Below are positions 1 through 10,243 of a stretch of DNA of 32,861 nucleotides, one piece after another. This DNA comes from Azolla caroliniana. Its lineage: Eukaryota; Plantae; Polypodiophyta. The translations under genes and the position numbers were made by a program. The DNA lies in NCBI GenBank assembly GCA_043228905.1, contig JBHGNT010000344.1:1-32861 (forward strand), given 5' to 3'. The notes beneath the pieces are model-generated. The model made no database searches and had not been told where the DNA came from. It was given only the letters and a program-made list of their open reading frames with translations. The first letter of the stretch is position 1. The number at the start of each line of letters is the position of its first letter.

Positions 1-54
1 AATGATGTTGACGTGGTATTTAATTGGTTATCTTAAACGTTTACATATGTCCAC

Positions 55-297
55 GAGGTCAATACCTCGTTTGACATATAAATCATATGTGATGAGTGTC
101 GTATGGCGTACGAGGTTACTACCTCAATTGCGTATTACGTTCACGAACATATGTTACGTTCGCGTACGAGGTCAATACCTCGATTCGTTCGAAATGATAT
201 GCGTTGGATTTACTATGCGTAAGAGGTCAATACCTCAATTGTGAATTACGCTTAACCTTATTTTCGGATGTTTCGTGTGCGTAGAGGTATATGCCTC
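55..297. repeat. Array of 5 palindromic GAGGT-N4-(A/G)CCTC motifs, period 55-61 bp, dissimilar spacers, in the gypsy leader
   Basis: Motifs at 55-68, 112-125, 168-181, 223-236 and 284-297, usually preceded by GCGTA(C) and followed by (G/A)ATT. Confidence 0.8.
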
Positions 298-1310
298 GAT
301 TACGTATCCCGAATACATCATTGTTGGCTATATAAAAAAAACGATTCATTTAGTATACGCATATGTGGTCACTTATATACGTCTCTGATCGTATATATGT
401 GATATATTGACATATGTGTATATTTTAGATTACGTGATTCATATCAAATGTTTTCCTAATTGGGGAGAGGATTTTGGTGCCGTCCTCACATTTTTGTGAG
501 AATGGCGTTGTCACCATCCCTTTTATCAACAATTTTTATTGTTGATTACGTAACGAACCTCGTATAGCCAAAATGATGTTGAATACGTCGGGCTTGATCC
601 ACATCAAGTAGGGTCGCTCTAATGACACACGTATCCAACATCTCCCCTCGTTACATGGATACGATGCCACCATGAGCTCGTTCTTACGAGCGCCATTCGT
701 AATGACGTAACCATGTGATGGGCCACATGAGCCTACGAAGACACAAGGGCTCATTCGGCTTGACCATTAGGTTACACTTTGGCATATGCCATTGTACTTA
801 CGAGGCTTGAGGGTAGGTAGCGTACAACCATAGTGGGTAATAAATGAGGGAGAAATAAGGCCACTTGACCTATATGTTTCTTTTAAAAAAAACATATAGG
901 GCAAATGCCTCGCATATCTCGAATACGCCTCAAACATTAAACATTCAAGACGCGCAATCTACTTGGTTGGCTCAAGTGTTTAATGTATTTGTCCTCGAGG
1001 TCTCGAGTTCAAATATGACCAACACCATACAACATCGTTGATACATATGACTATAATACATGTTTAGACTTTAGGTCTAAGTGCACTTCGGGGTCCTCGT
1101 AATAGGACTTAAAGAGCCGAAACCACATATGTGGGCACAGAAACATAGTTATTGTTAACATTTTTTTCGTGTATAAACTATTCATGACGCGAACATACAT
1201 GGTTGAGCCTCGGGGAGCCGCCATGAAAAAAATCGATATAGAGATCAGGGAAAGGCATTCATTTGTCACCCGCATGGTTTTTAAAACACCTCTGTGTTAC
1301 CATAGTAACC

Positions 1311-1324
1311 TGATCTTGATACCA
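1311..1324 (-). promoter_or_regulatory. Primer-binding site (tRNA-iMet-like) of element A
   Basis: Minus strand TGGTATCAAGATCA, 2 nt after the LTR end. The first 8 nt match the canonical plant TGGTATCAGAGC PBS. Confidence 0.75.
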
Positions 1325-1326
1325 AA

Positions 1327-1791
1327 TATTAGAGATTAGGTACTAAAGTAAGCATAAAATAAGGATATATCAATGATAGATCTAGAAAGAATAGAGAGAA
1401 AAGAGAGAAAGAAGGGTGCCGATCCACCCGACCACCCCCGAGCGAAGGGATCGAGACGGACTCGAGCCTCGATCGGCGTCCCATACCACCGCCTTGGCGT
1501 CGAGTCGTACCTGGACGATAGCGCGCTTGCTACAAGAGTCGTTCCACTCACGGACAGAGTCTCGACGTAGTCAATGCATGCCCAAATGAGGGTAGCTAGG
1601 CCTCTTATTTATAGTAATTCTCAAGGCCCCCAGCCATGTTCACACTTGGCCTCATGGGTTGTCTCAATCCCGAGGATTAAAAGTAATCCTCCCCTTCTTT
1701 AGACTCTTTGTTTAACCCTCACACTTATCCACGTGTATAGAATACTACGACAATTCTCACCACGGGATATTATATGGTCATGCTCGTAACA
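1327..1791 (-). repeat. 5' LTR of gypsy element A (465 bp)
   Basis: Termini TGTTA...TAATA (degenerate TAACA). TATA-like CTATAAATAAGAGG on minus at ~1601..1614. Direct repeat of 5111..5571. Confidence 0.85.
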
Positions 1792-2560
1792 TACGCGTTT
1801 GACCTTTTAAAAGATCAATAAACGGCGTCATCAATTGGGAGTAATTACGAAGGGATTTTCGCAAAAACCCAACAAAACCAAGGAATGATCGAACTTCTCG
1901 AATATTCCGAAGAGTGGGACAAAGCTTGATTTTCTCGATGCAAGAAGGATCAATTTCAACTCCTCGTTCGGTTATGAGATGTCCAAGATAAGTAATTGAT
2001 TTCTTGAAGAACTCACATTTTGAGATCTTCGCATAAAACTGTTTGACACGCAATGTTTGTAAAACAAAGCGGACATGTTTAGCATGTTCTTGTACTGTAC
2101 GACTATAAACTAAAATATCATCCAAGAAAATAACGACAAATTTTCCAAGTTGTTCTCGGAAAATGTCATTCATTTCTTGTTGAAATGTAGTCGGAGCATT
2201 GGTCAAACCAAAAGGCATAACCAGAAACTCATAATGGCCATAGCGCATACAAAATGCCGTTTTAGGAACATCGTCCTCACTTATACGAATTTGATGGTAG
2301 CCAGTATAAAGATCAAGTTTTGTAAAATACCGAGCTCCCTAGAGACGGTCAATTAGATCGTCAGCCCGGGGCAATGGATACAAATTCTTGATCGTCACTT
2401 TATTCAAAATTAATACACATACGCCATGTGCCCTCTTTCTTTTTAACCAAGAGAACTGGTGCACCCCATGGAGATTTACTATAGCATATATAACCCATTC
2501 GTAAATAGTCCTTGAGTTGCTTAGATACCTCATCCTCTTCGGATCGACTTAAGCAATAAG
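1792..2560 (-). pseudogene. Gypsy reverse transcriptase (frameshift ~2405, in-frame TAG at 2341..2339, truncated at 1792)
   Basis: SPWGAPVLLVKKKEGTWRMCI / [32 protein letters not shown] / YEFLVMPFGLTNAP / FLDDILVYS / VRSFLGF are typical of Ty3/gypsy RT. Confidence 0.92.
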
Positions 2561-3293
2561 GAGGTATACTTATTGGTGCAACGCTAGGTACAATATCTAT
2601 ACGATGGTCTATATTCCGTATAGGAGGTAAACCATCTGGTAGTTCACTCGGAAAAACATCACAAAAATCATTTAAGATTTCATCAAGTTGTTGTTGTTCA
2701 AAATATGTTAATTGAACCGAGACATTATCGATATTGTAAACGTGAATGTCCGGATCAAGTACACAATAAAATAGAGTAGAACAAGACAACTCGGATATTG
2801 ATGGACACGAGGAAACAATCGAGAGGGATTGTTTTTTGACACATTGAATAAAATGAGTACAGTCATTCAGTACAAATGTAATTGAATGATGAACCCAATC
2901 AATAGATAAAGAAGAGCTTTTATTATAGAACCAGGGATAACCCAGTATTACATCAGTGGTACAAAGATTCATTACATGGAAGTCTACTTCCTCTATATAA
3001 GTATCAATAGAAATTCCTAATGAATGAATTGCCCCGTTGATGTATTGTACTCTTCCATTTGCCAAGTGCACCGTATAGGTCTGATCAGTTACAGTGAGTT
3101 GGATTCCCCATACCTGAACCAAACAATCATTCACAAAGTTGTGTGAGCTTCCCGAATCAAATAAAAATTGTACGGGAGATGCATTGATATACCCGTTTGC
3201 ACGTAGTAAATCATTGGGACCCAATACATAGTGAGGGAAAGAACATTGACAATTACTTAAATGATGTGTATAGACCTGAAGGACATTAGGAAT
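2400..3293 (-). pseudogene. Gypsy aspartic protease plus RT N-terminal region
   Basis: FLFDSGSSHNF catalytic motif, DVILGYPW and FCDVFPSELPDGLPP.R.IDHRI. Frame is open from 3293, directly after the gag stop. Confidence 0.9.
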
Positions 3294-4085
3294 CTAACCT
3301 TTATGGTCTGCAACTTTAGCTTTGTTATCGTGCTCTTTCCGTTGGAGCTTTCGACATTGCTCTTTTGTATGACCCTTCTTTTTGCAGAATACGCAAAAAG
3401 GATGTTGTTGCTTACAATCGCGATCCATGAATTCGTTGGGTGTCTTGCGTTTCCCAACGAATTGCGACTGCTTAGTCCCGGGCGCTTTGTTGGGTTTGTT
3501 GTGGTCCTTCTTCGAAGTGCGTTGATAGCGAAGAACTATTTCAACGGCCTCTTCGAAGGATTTTGGATCCTTATCATGCACTATCCAATGATAGTCCGAA
3601 TTGGGGATGACATTGACAAAACAAGCTATTAACCAATTGTCCCCTTCTAGACCCGATTTTCGGATTTGGGTTCTAGCATGGTGGACATAATCTTCTAGCG
3701 AGGAAAACTTCCTGCTAGAGAGGTTCATTAAAGCTTGTGCTGCCTTGGTTCGAGAGGGAGGTTGCAGAAATTGGCCCTTGAAAACTGTGACAAAATCTGT
3801 CCAAGTATTGGGCAATTTCCCCAAAGTACGGAGCCCACACCACCAGGCGGCGGCCTTACCCCCTAGTTCTCGGCCGACATATGCAATCTTCGTACTATCT
3901 GGTGAAAAATACATCTCAATGGACATTTGTCCAGGAGGATTCCCTTGAGTTCCTTCCACTTGAGCGGATGACATCAGGTCGTTATTTTGAGCCATTAAAT
4001 GATTATTTCTGGAAAAGAAATAGGATAAGGTCAAAGAGATAGTCATAACGTCATGTCGTGATGTAAACATATCATGGGCAAACAT
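3294..4085 (-). CDS. Gypsy Gag polyprotein (true start may be a downstream ATG, e.g. MAQNN near 3995)
   Basis: Retrotrans_gag-like LGGKAAAWW...TWTDFVTVFKGQF and CCHC knuckle CVFCKKKGHTKEQC. Confidence 0.8.
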   Translation of the reverse strand: MFAHDMFTSRHDVMTISLTLSYFFSRNNHLMAQNNDLMSSAQVEGTQGNPPGQMSIEMYFSPDSTKIAYVGRELGGKAAAWWCGLRTLGKLPNTWTDFVTVFKGQFLQPPSRTKAAQALMNLSSRKFSSLEDYVHHARTQIRKSGLEGDNWLIACFVNVIPNSDYHWIVHDKDPKSFEEAVEIVLRYQRTSKKDHNKPNKAPGTKQSQFVGKRKTPNEFMDRDCKQQHPFCVFCKKKGHTKEQCRKLQRKEHDNKAKVADHKG

Positions 4086-4138
4086 TAATCGATATCATGA
4101 TCTCACGTCAATACCCCTCTAGACGTATGAGATGAGGC

Positions 4139-5108
4139 TCAAGATTAGGTTACTATGGTAACACAAAGGTGTTTTAAAAACCATGGGGGTGACAAATAAA
4201 TGTCTTTCCCCGATCTCTATATTGATTTTTTTCATGGTGGCTCCTGGAGGCTCAACCATGTATGTTCGCATCATGAATAGTTTATACACGAAAAAAATGT
4301 TAACAATAAACTATGTTTCGGGGCCCACATATGTGGTTTCGGCTCTTTAAGTCCTATTACGAGAACCCCGAAGTGCACTTAGACCGCAAGTCTAAACATG
4401 TGTTATAGTCATATGTATCAACGATGTTGTTTGGTCTTGGTCATATTTGAACTCGAGACCTTGAGAACAAATGCATTAAACACTTGAGCCAACCAAGTAG
4501 GTTGCTCTTCTTGAATGTTTAATGTTTCATGCGTATAAGAGATATGCGAGGCATTTGCCCATATATGTTTTTTAAAATCACGTCATAACTTATATACATA
4601 TATGTATATTATCACATATATACGATCAACTACGTATACACATGACCACATGTACTGATATTAAACAAATCATTATATTTAATAGCCAAAAATGACGTAA
4701 TCGAGATACGTAATCGAGGCATATACCTCTACGCACATAAGACATCCAAAAATATGGGTTAATCGTAATACGCAATTGAGGTATTGACCTCTTACACATA
4801 CGAGACCAAACGCATATATATGATCAACTACGTATACACGTGACCACATGTGCCGATATTAAACAAATCATTATATTTAATAGCCAAAAATGACGTAATC
4901 GAGATACGTAATCGAGGCATATACCTCTACGCACATAAGACATCCAAAAATATGGGTTAATCGTAATACGTAATTGAGGTATTGACCTCTTACGCATACG
5001 AGACCAAACGAATATCATTTACAACGAATCAAGGTATTGACCTCATACACAAACGTAACATATGTTTGTGAACGTAATACGCAATTGAGGTATTAACCTC
5101 ATGCGCAT
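4139..5108 (+). repeat. Inverted 5' leader of element B; inverted repeat of ~103..1318
   Basis: 4139..~4578 matches the reverse complement of 1318..~881, and ~4576..5108 matches the reverse complement of ~440..103. Begins with the PBS remnant TCAAGATTAGG. Confidence 0.88.
4615..5016 (+). repeat. ~198-bp tandem duplication inside the inverted leader
   Basis: GATCAACTACGTATACAC... starts at 4624 and 4822, with CATAT microhomology at the junction. Confidence 0.9.
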
Positions 5109-5110
5109 AG

Positions 5111-5571
5111 ACTAATGTAAGCATGAGATAAGCATGAGATAAGGATAGAAAATAGATGAATAGATAGATCTAGAAAGGAGAGAGAGAAAGAAGGGTGTCG
5201 ATTCACTCGACCACCCCCGAGCGAAGGGATCGAGACGAACTCGAGCCTCGATCGACATCCCATACCACCGTCGTGGCGTCGAGTCGTACCTGGTGCTGGC
5301 ACGCTCGCTACAAGAGTTGACCCACCACAAGACAGAGTCTCGACGTAGTCAACAAGATGATCAAATGAGGGTAGGTAGGCCTCTTATTTATAGCGATACC
5401 CAAGGCCCCCAAGCAAGTTCACACTTGGCCTAATGGGTTGTCTCAATCCCAAGGATTTAAAAGTAATCCTCCCCTTCTTTACACTCTCATTTAACCCTCA
5501 CACTTATCCACGTGTATAGAATACTACGGTAAATTCTTACCACGGAATATTATATGGTCATGCCCGTAACA
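5111..5571 (-). repeat. 5' LTR of gypsy element B (3' ~15 bp lost at the inversion breakpoint)
   Basis: Homologous to 1342..1791. Terminal TG at 5571. Confidence 0.85.
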
Positions 5572-6452
5572 AGTGTAACCAATAGTCAATGATTGATGTG
5601 AATCTATGTCACTTGACCCCTTGGTTAAACACTTTTATTACAATTTATAAGCTTTATTCTAGCTTAACTTATCTATGCTAAATAGAGTAGGACACCTAAT
5701 CAAAGTTAATACTCTATTTAGGATATTTCCATAGAAACATTAATTTGTACGTGTCTTCTACCACTATATGCATAATTTGAAATGGCATGCATGTACACTG
5801 GGAAACTCTTATCACTCTCATGAATGTATGTCATGCACATGTTTATGCATATATTTACATCATAATGCAATCACCCATCCATGTAAATGGAATGAAGTCT
5901 TCATTCATTTGTGTCCATACTCTTTGAGGCCAAATTCATATCACATCAATGAAAGGATTCCATGAATAAGAGTTAAGGAGCATCCCAAACTTTCTTTAAT
6001 TTTCTTCGTGTCTGGGAATATCCTCAATTTAAAAGGAAGTTTAAAAGGTAATGCAAGATAAGGCCACTTTCATACGTAGCTCTGAGTGGCCTACATGATT
6101 TCAAAGGTTTAAGTTTACTTGACATTATATTATGATTATGTTCATAGCTTTCATTAGATGACTTATCGTATCATTCATCCAACTTCACTTAATGTTTTAT
6201 GCTATAATTTATATCATGATTATTAAATTTACCTTTCCCAACATTTTTACTCTTTTATTTTATCGATGCAACAGTTTGTCGGAAATAAAATTTTCCATCA
6301 TAAATTATTTCAGCAACTAAAATTCAGTTTGGAAATTCAATTATACATTATTGATGTTATCATTCAATTTGAAACTTCGGTTCCTGAAAGAAAATTTTAC
6401 ACTTCTTTCATTATGTCATTCAAGTTGAAACATAGAAGCACACATGCATGAT

Positions 6453-6712
6453 GAGAGAGAGAGAGAGAGAGAGGAAGCCAAAATTATATTGATTGCGTCA
6501 AATATTTATTTGTTCTAACATGAACTTGTAGTTTAGGAGGAGAATGTTGTACATACATACTTGAAAGGTGTATATGGTTTGTTGGTGGTTCATGATAGTA
6601 GAAGTTCCTTGACGTAAATGCAAGGTCTCGAAACAATACTTCTAACTACATTTTGAAGTAATTATGTTGCCTTCATTGATCACTTTCTTTTTCTTTTTTG
6701 TATTGAAGCTTG
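6453..6712 (+). repeat. Diverged dispersed repeat, copy 1, (GA)n-anchored
   Basis: Shares TAGTTTAGGAG.AGAATGT, GTTGGTGGTTCAT, AACAAT.CTTCTAA.TACA and TTGCCT.CATTGATCACTTT, in that order, with 8363..8686. Confidence 0.7.
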
Positions 6713-8359
6713 CCTTTTTATGTTATCAATAGAAAGATAGTAGCTTCAAATATTATTCATACTTTCCCACATATGTATTCATAACAATAGCAAATATGTC
6801 ATTTCTCCTATTGTGTACAAGCTAATAGGGTTTACTCCTTTAGGATATCTATATTTACACTCCATAAAAGCAATAAAATCTCAACCTTTGGAGATGGAGA
6901 CTTGTCTTTTTTGCTACCATAGCATTTTTGTCACATTGATAGGAAATGTTGTCTTCTCTCTCTCTCTCTCGTTTGTAGATTATGCTTCCTCATCGAGGCC
7001 TTTTGTTGAGGTATCCCAATAACCCTAGACTCAAATGAACGATAACAAAAGTTTTGCATGCTCCTCAACTATTATTTGTTGAATCCTTTAGTCAATGTGA
7101 TGTGTTTTCACCTCATAGATATACAGATACAAATATATGAAAACTACATTCCATTTGCATGAATGCATGAATGAGGCAAATAAATGCATAAACATGCCCA
7201 TCATAGACATGGTGGAGGTAACAAGAATTTTTCTAGGTTTTCATTTTTGTTGCTATAATGATATCATGGCATACTAGTTTTCATTTCCGTTGATGTAGGA
7301 TATCCTGGCGCACTATAGAACTTTGTTCAATTATGTGACTTGAAATAATGAAGATACATTTCTAATGAAGTAATGCTTGCAATTATATTGGGTTTAGCCC
7401 ATACAAGCAACATAGCTATGTTGTGACTTCAACTCAAAACAACATATACATATTTGACCCAAGAAATAAAAATATATTATAACAAGTAAAACTAGGAATC
7501 TTTGAGCATTTTTTGGCCTTCCCGCATCCTACATGTCTATTAGTAATCCTATAGATTATTCCATAACGTAAACATGTATAATTGTTTTAATTAGGAAATT
7601 TGGATCATTGTTCCTTTGTTAAAAAATATTGAGGAACACATAAGAGTATATTTTTTAATAGGTCCTTGGAATTATTAGGGTTTCCTAGAACATAGATCAA
7701 TATGTTTTGACCAAGGTGTCTTTTCAGCAAGTCATTCCAAATTCCATGTCTACACCTCATGTGCCATGGATGATGGTATTGTAAATATGGAACTAATAAA
7801 CATTTTGAATACCTTAGAATAATGAATTTAAGTGTACATATATCCCTTATTTAATGATCGCTCTGAGCGAGTTTTGATTCCCTGCAATGTTTTACGGTTC
7901 AAAAGGGCCTACTTTTCCTTGGGGGAAATAAGTTTTTTGACCTAAGATTATGATGACACCATGACTTATGATCCCATCCATTGAAGGTCACTCTTTATCT
8001 TACAATGTAATTTGTATTGCTAATAGGAAATCTTACTTTTCCCATCTTTTTTATTCTTTATTTTATCAACGTAACCGCTTGTCAGAAATACATATTTGCA
8101 TCATAACCTATTTCAATGACTAAAACCGATACCACAAATTCAATCAATATTAGTATTCAAATTGAATCTTCAACTTATGATTTAAAACTATAAACTCTTT
8201 GATTTTGTCATATGTCTTGGATGTGAAAATTGCCACTTTACTTGAACTGCTAAGAAACTACTTCGCTCGGGAAATGGGTTTCCTTGATTATCATACATAT
8301 TAAATGCAAAGAGTAATATAATTACAAGGTAGGGATTGGGGAATGTGTGTATGCATCAC

Positions 8360-8362
<3 letters not shown>

Positions 8363-8399
<37 letters not shown>

Positions 8400-8686
8400 T
8401 CATCTTGTTGATGATTAAGTTGGTTGTTTTTGATGTCATGGAATTATATGTAATAAGATCATCTGCTCTAATATGCCAAGTAGTTTAGGAGAAGAATGTG
8501 GTATATGTTGGGAAATGTGTGTGATAGTGCAAATGTTTAGACTCAAGGCAATGGGTTGGTGGTTCATAATCACAAAATTTATCTTTGACTAAGATGTAGA
8601 GCATCCGAACAATCCTTCTAATTACACTTTGGAAGATTTGTTTTGCCTCCATTGATCACTTTAAAAAATCTACATTATGAGCTTGA
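8363..8686 (+). repeat. Diverged dispersed repeat, copy 2, (GA)n-anchored
   Basis: Same collinear blocks as 6453..6712. Confidence 0.7.
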
Positions 8687-10210
8687 CGACACAATCTCCT
8701 TAGTGCTCTTACTAATGTGTTGTGATTTGTTGATCCACGTTGGAGGAATAAAGGCTCTATCATAAATTAAACTTGTATGGTATTATTAGAATTGCCATGG
8801 TATCATTTTCAATCAAATGATTGTATAAAAAAGGTACTGTTCAAGACAAAAGTACTCAATAAAAAGTATTGCAATGATTTCAAATTATGATATGAATTGC
8901 ATGCTTTCATGAGCATCACCTTTTTATCATAAAATGTTGGCATTTTCAACTCTAGGTTGTAGAAAATGAATTTGTAAATCCGGGTTTTCTGGAAAATACT
9001 CAAGTTGAGAGGTAGTATGATCATATCAAAACTATGAACAAATTTGTAAATTTTCATTAGATAACAATGTCATTTTAAACCCTTAGGTTGTAGAGAATGA
9101 ACTTGTACCATTTGGGGAGAAAATTGTTAATTGTAATGTGATGATCTCAAACTTTAAATAATTATGATTTTTATGGTTTGAATCTAAAGTCATTTTACAC
9201 CCATTGCTATAGACCCGAAACCAAAATCTTCAAGATTACAACATCATATTTAAAAAAATTGTTCATAGCAACAATTTGTAATTGGCTCGTAAAGGCAACT
9301 GTTTCACATTGTGATTAACCGCATAATGTTTTGCTTGCCATTTTATTGTAGCATCCTTCAACAAAACAATCAATAGTTATCTAGAGTATTATAGAGATTA
9401 AGCTTGCTGGTATTTTGGCGTCACCCTATAAAGCAAGCTAGGTTCTCCCCCTGGACATTGGTCATTGGTCTTGCATAGGTTAATAGAGTCAGTGGTTCTA
9501 TATAAGTTATGAGATTGTACTGTTGTTACACTTTTGTTAGCCATTGCATAATGTGATTGGAGATGGTCGCATGTAAAGAATATATTCTCCACATATCGAT
9601 AAATATAGAGTGCTCAAAATCAAAGCATAGGAATCTCAATGTTTGAGGTGACATAACCATATATTAAAAGCTTCGTGTTTGTATACTCCCAATAGAAATA
9701 GTCGACATCTAACACTTAATGGGAAATAATAAAAAGACGTAAGTAGATTGATGCATGTGCTTTTTTAAGCACAATACTGCAAAGCAGGGTTAATATATAT
9801 GAGGATAGCAAACAAACTTTATTTTATAAATTCAATGGATCGGAGTGCTCAACACAAAAAATGCAACGGCATTATCGACACATTATTACACGCGAATAAT
9901 TATCTATGAACAATGCAAGCGCATATTATTTTGTGGTGTGTGGATGTGCATATTGTATATGATTTTTGTGTTTCAAGATGCTGGTTGCGTGGATGATGTT
10001 GATCTACTACCATCCGATGAAAGCGAAGCATGTTCGATTTGTAGGATCACCGAGCATCCACGCAAAACTAAGACGAACCCGAACCAAACCATGTGAGCAG
10101 GCTTCACATGCAATGCCATAGCTTGACGCCAAATAGTGCAGGGCAGTTGAGCCGACACACATATTAATATTGTATGCATAGGTAATGCGACCAATGAGAG
10201 ATGGCCTCTT

Positions 10211-10243
<33 letters not shown>

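Larger units (their letters stand above)
1..1791 (-). mobile_element. Ty3/gypsy LTR retrotransposon element A, 5' end (LTR, PBS, 5' leader); continues beyond window start; inserted in pol of element B
   Basis: On the minus strand the LTR starts TGTTACGAGCATGACC at 1791 and ends ...CTAATA at 1327, followed by TT and the PBS TGGTATCAAGATC. The LTR is homologous to 5111..5571. It abuts RT coding sequence at 1792 with no polypurine tract. Confidence 0.85.
1792..5571 (-). mobile_element. Ty3/gypsy LTR retrotransposon element B (5' LTR, inverted leader, gag, protease, RT; interrupted by element A)
   Basis: LTR start TGTTACGGGCATGACC at 5571. Gag zinc knuckle, protease DSG and RT FLDD motifs lie downstream on the minus strand. 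Confidence 0.9.

Noticed and set aside
55-297. True CRISPR array
   Set aside because: Eukaryotic retrotransposon context, no cas genes, short degenerate repeat, and spacers shared by descent with the second element.
1336-1570. Short ORFs in the LTRs (also 5099..5330)
   Set aside because: No protein motifs, and frames are not conserved between the LTR copies.
1327-5571. Single complete LTR element bounded by the two LTRs
   Set aside because: The left LTR has a PBS after it and no PPT before it, and it interrupts pol, which fits a nested 5' LTR.
10146-10170. miR171-like TTGAGCCG seed
   Set aside because: The match ends after 8 nt and no precursor fold-back is visible.
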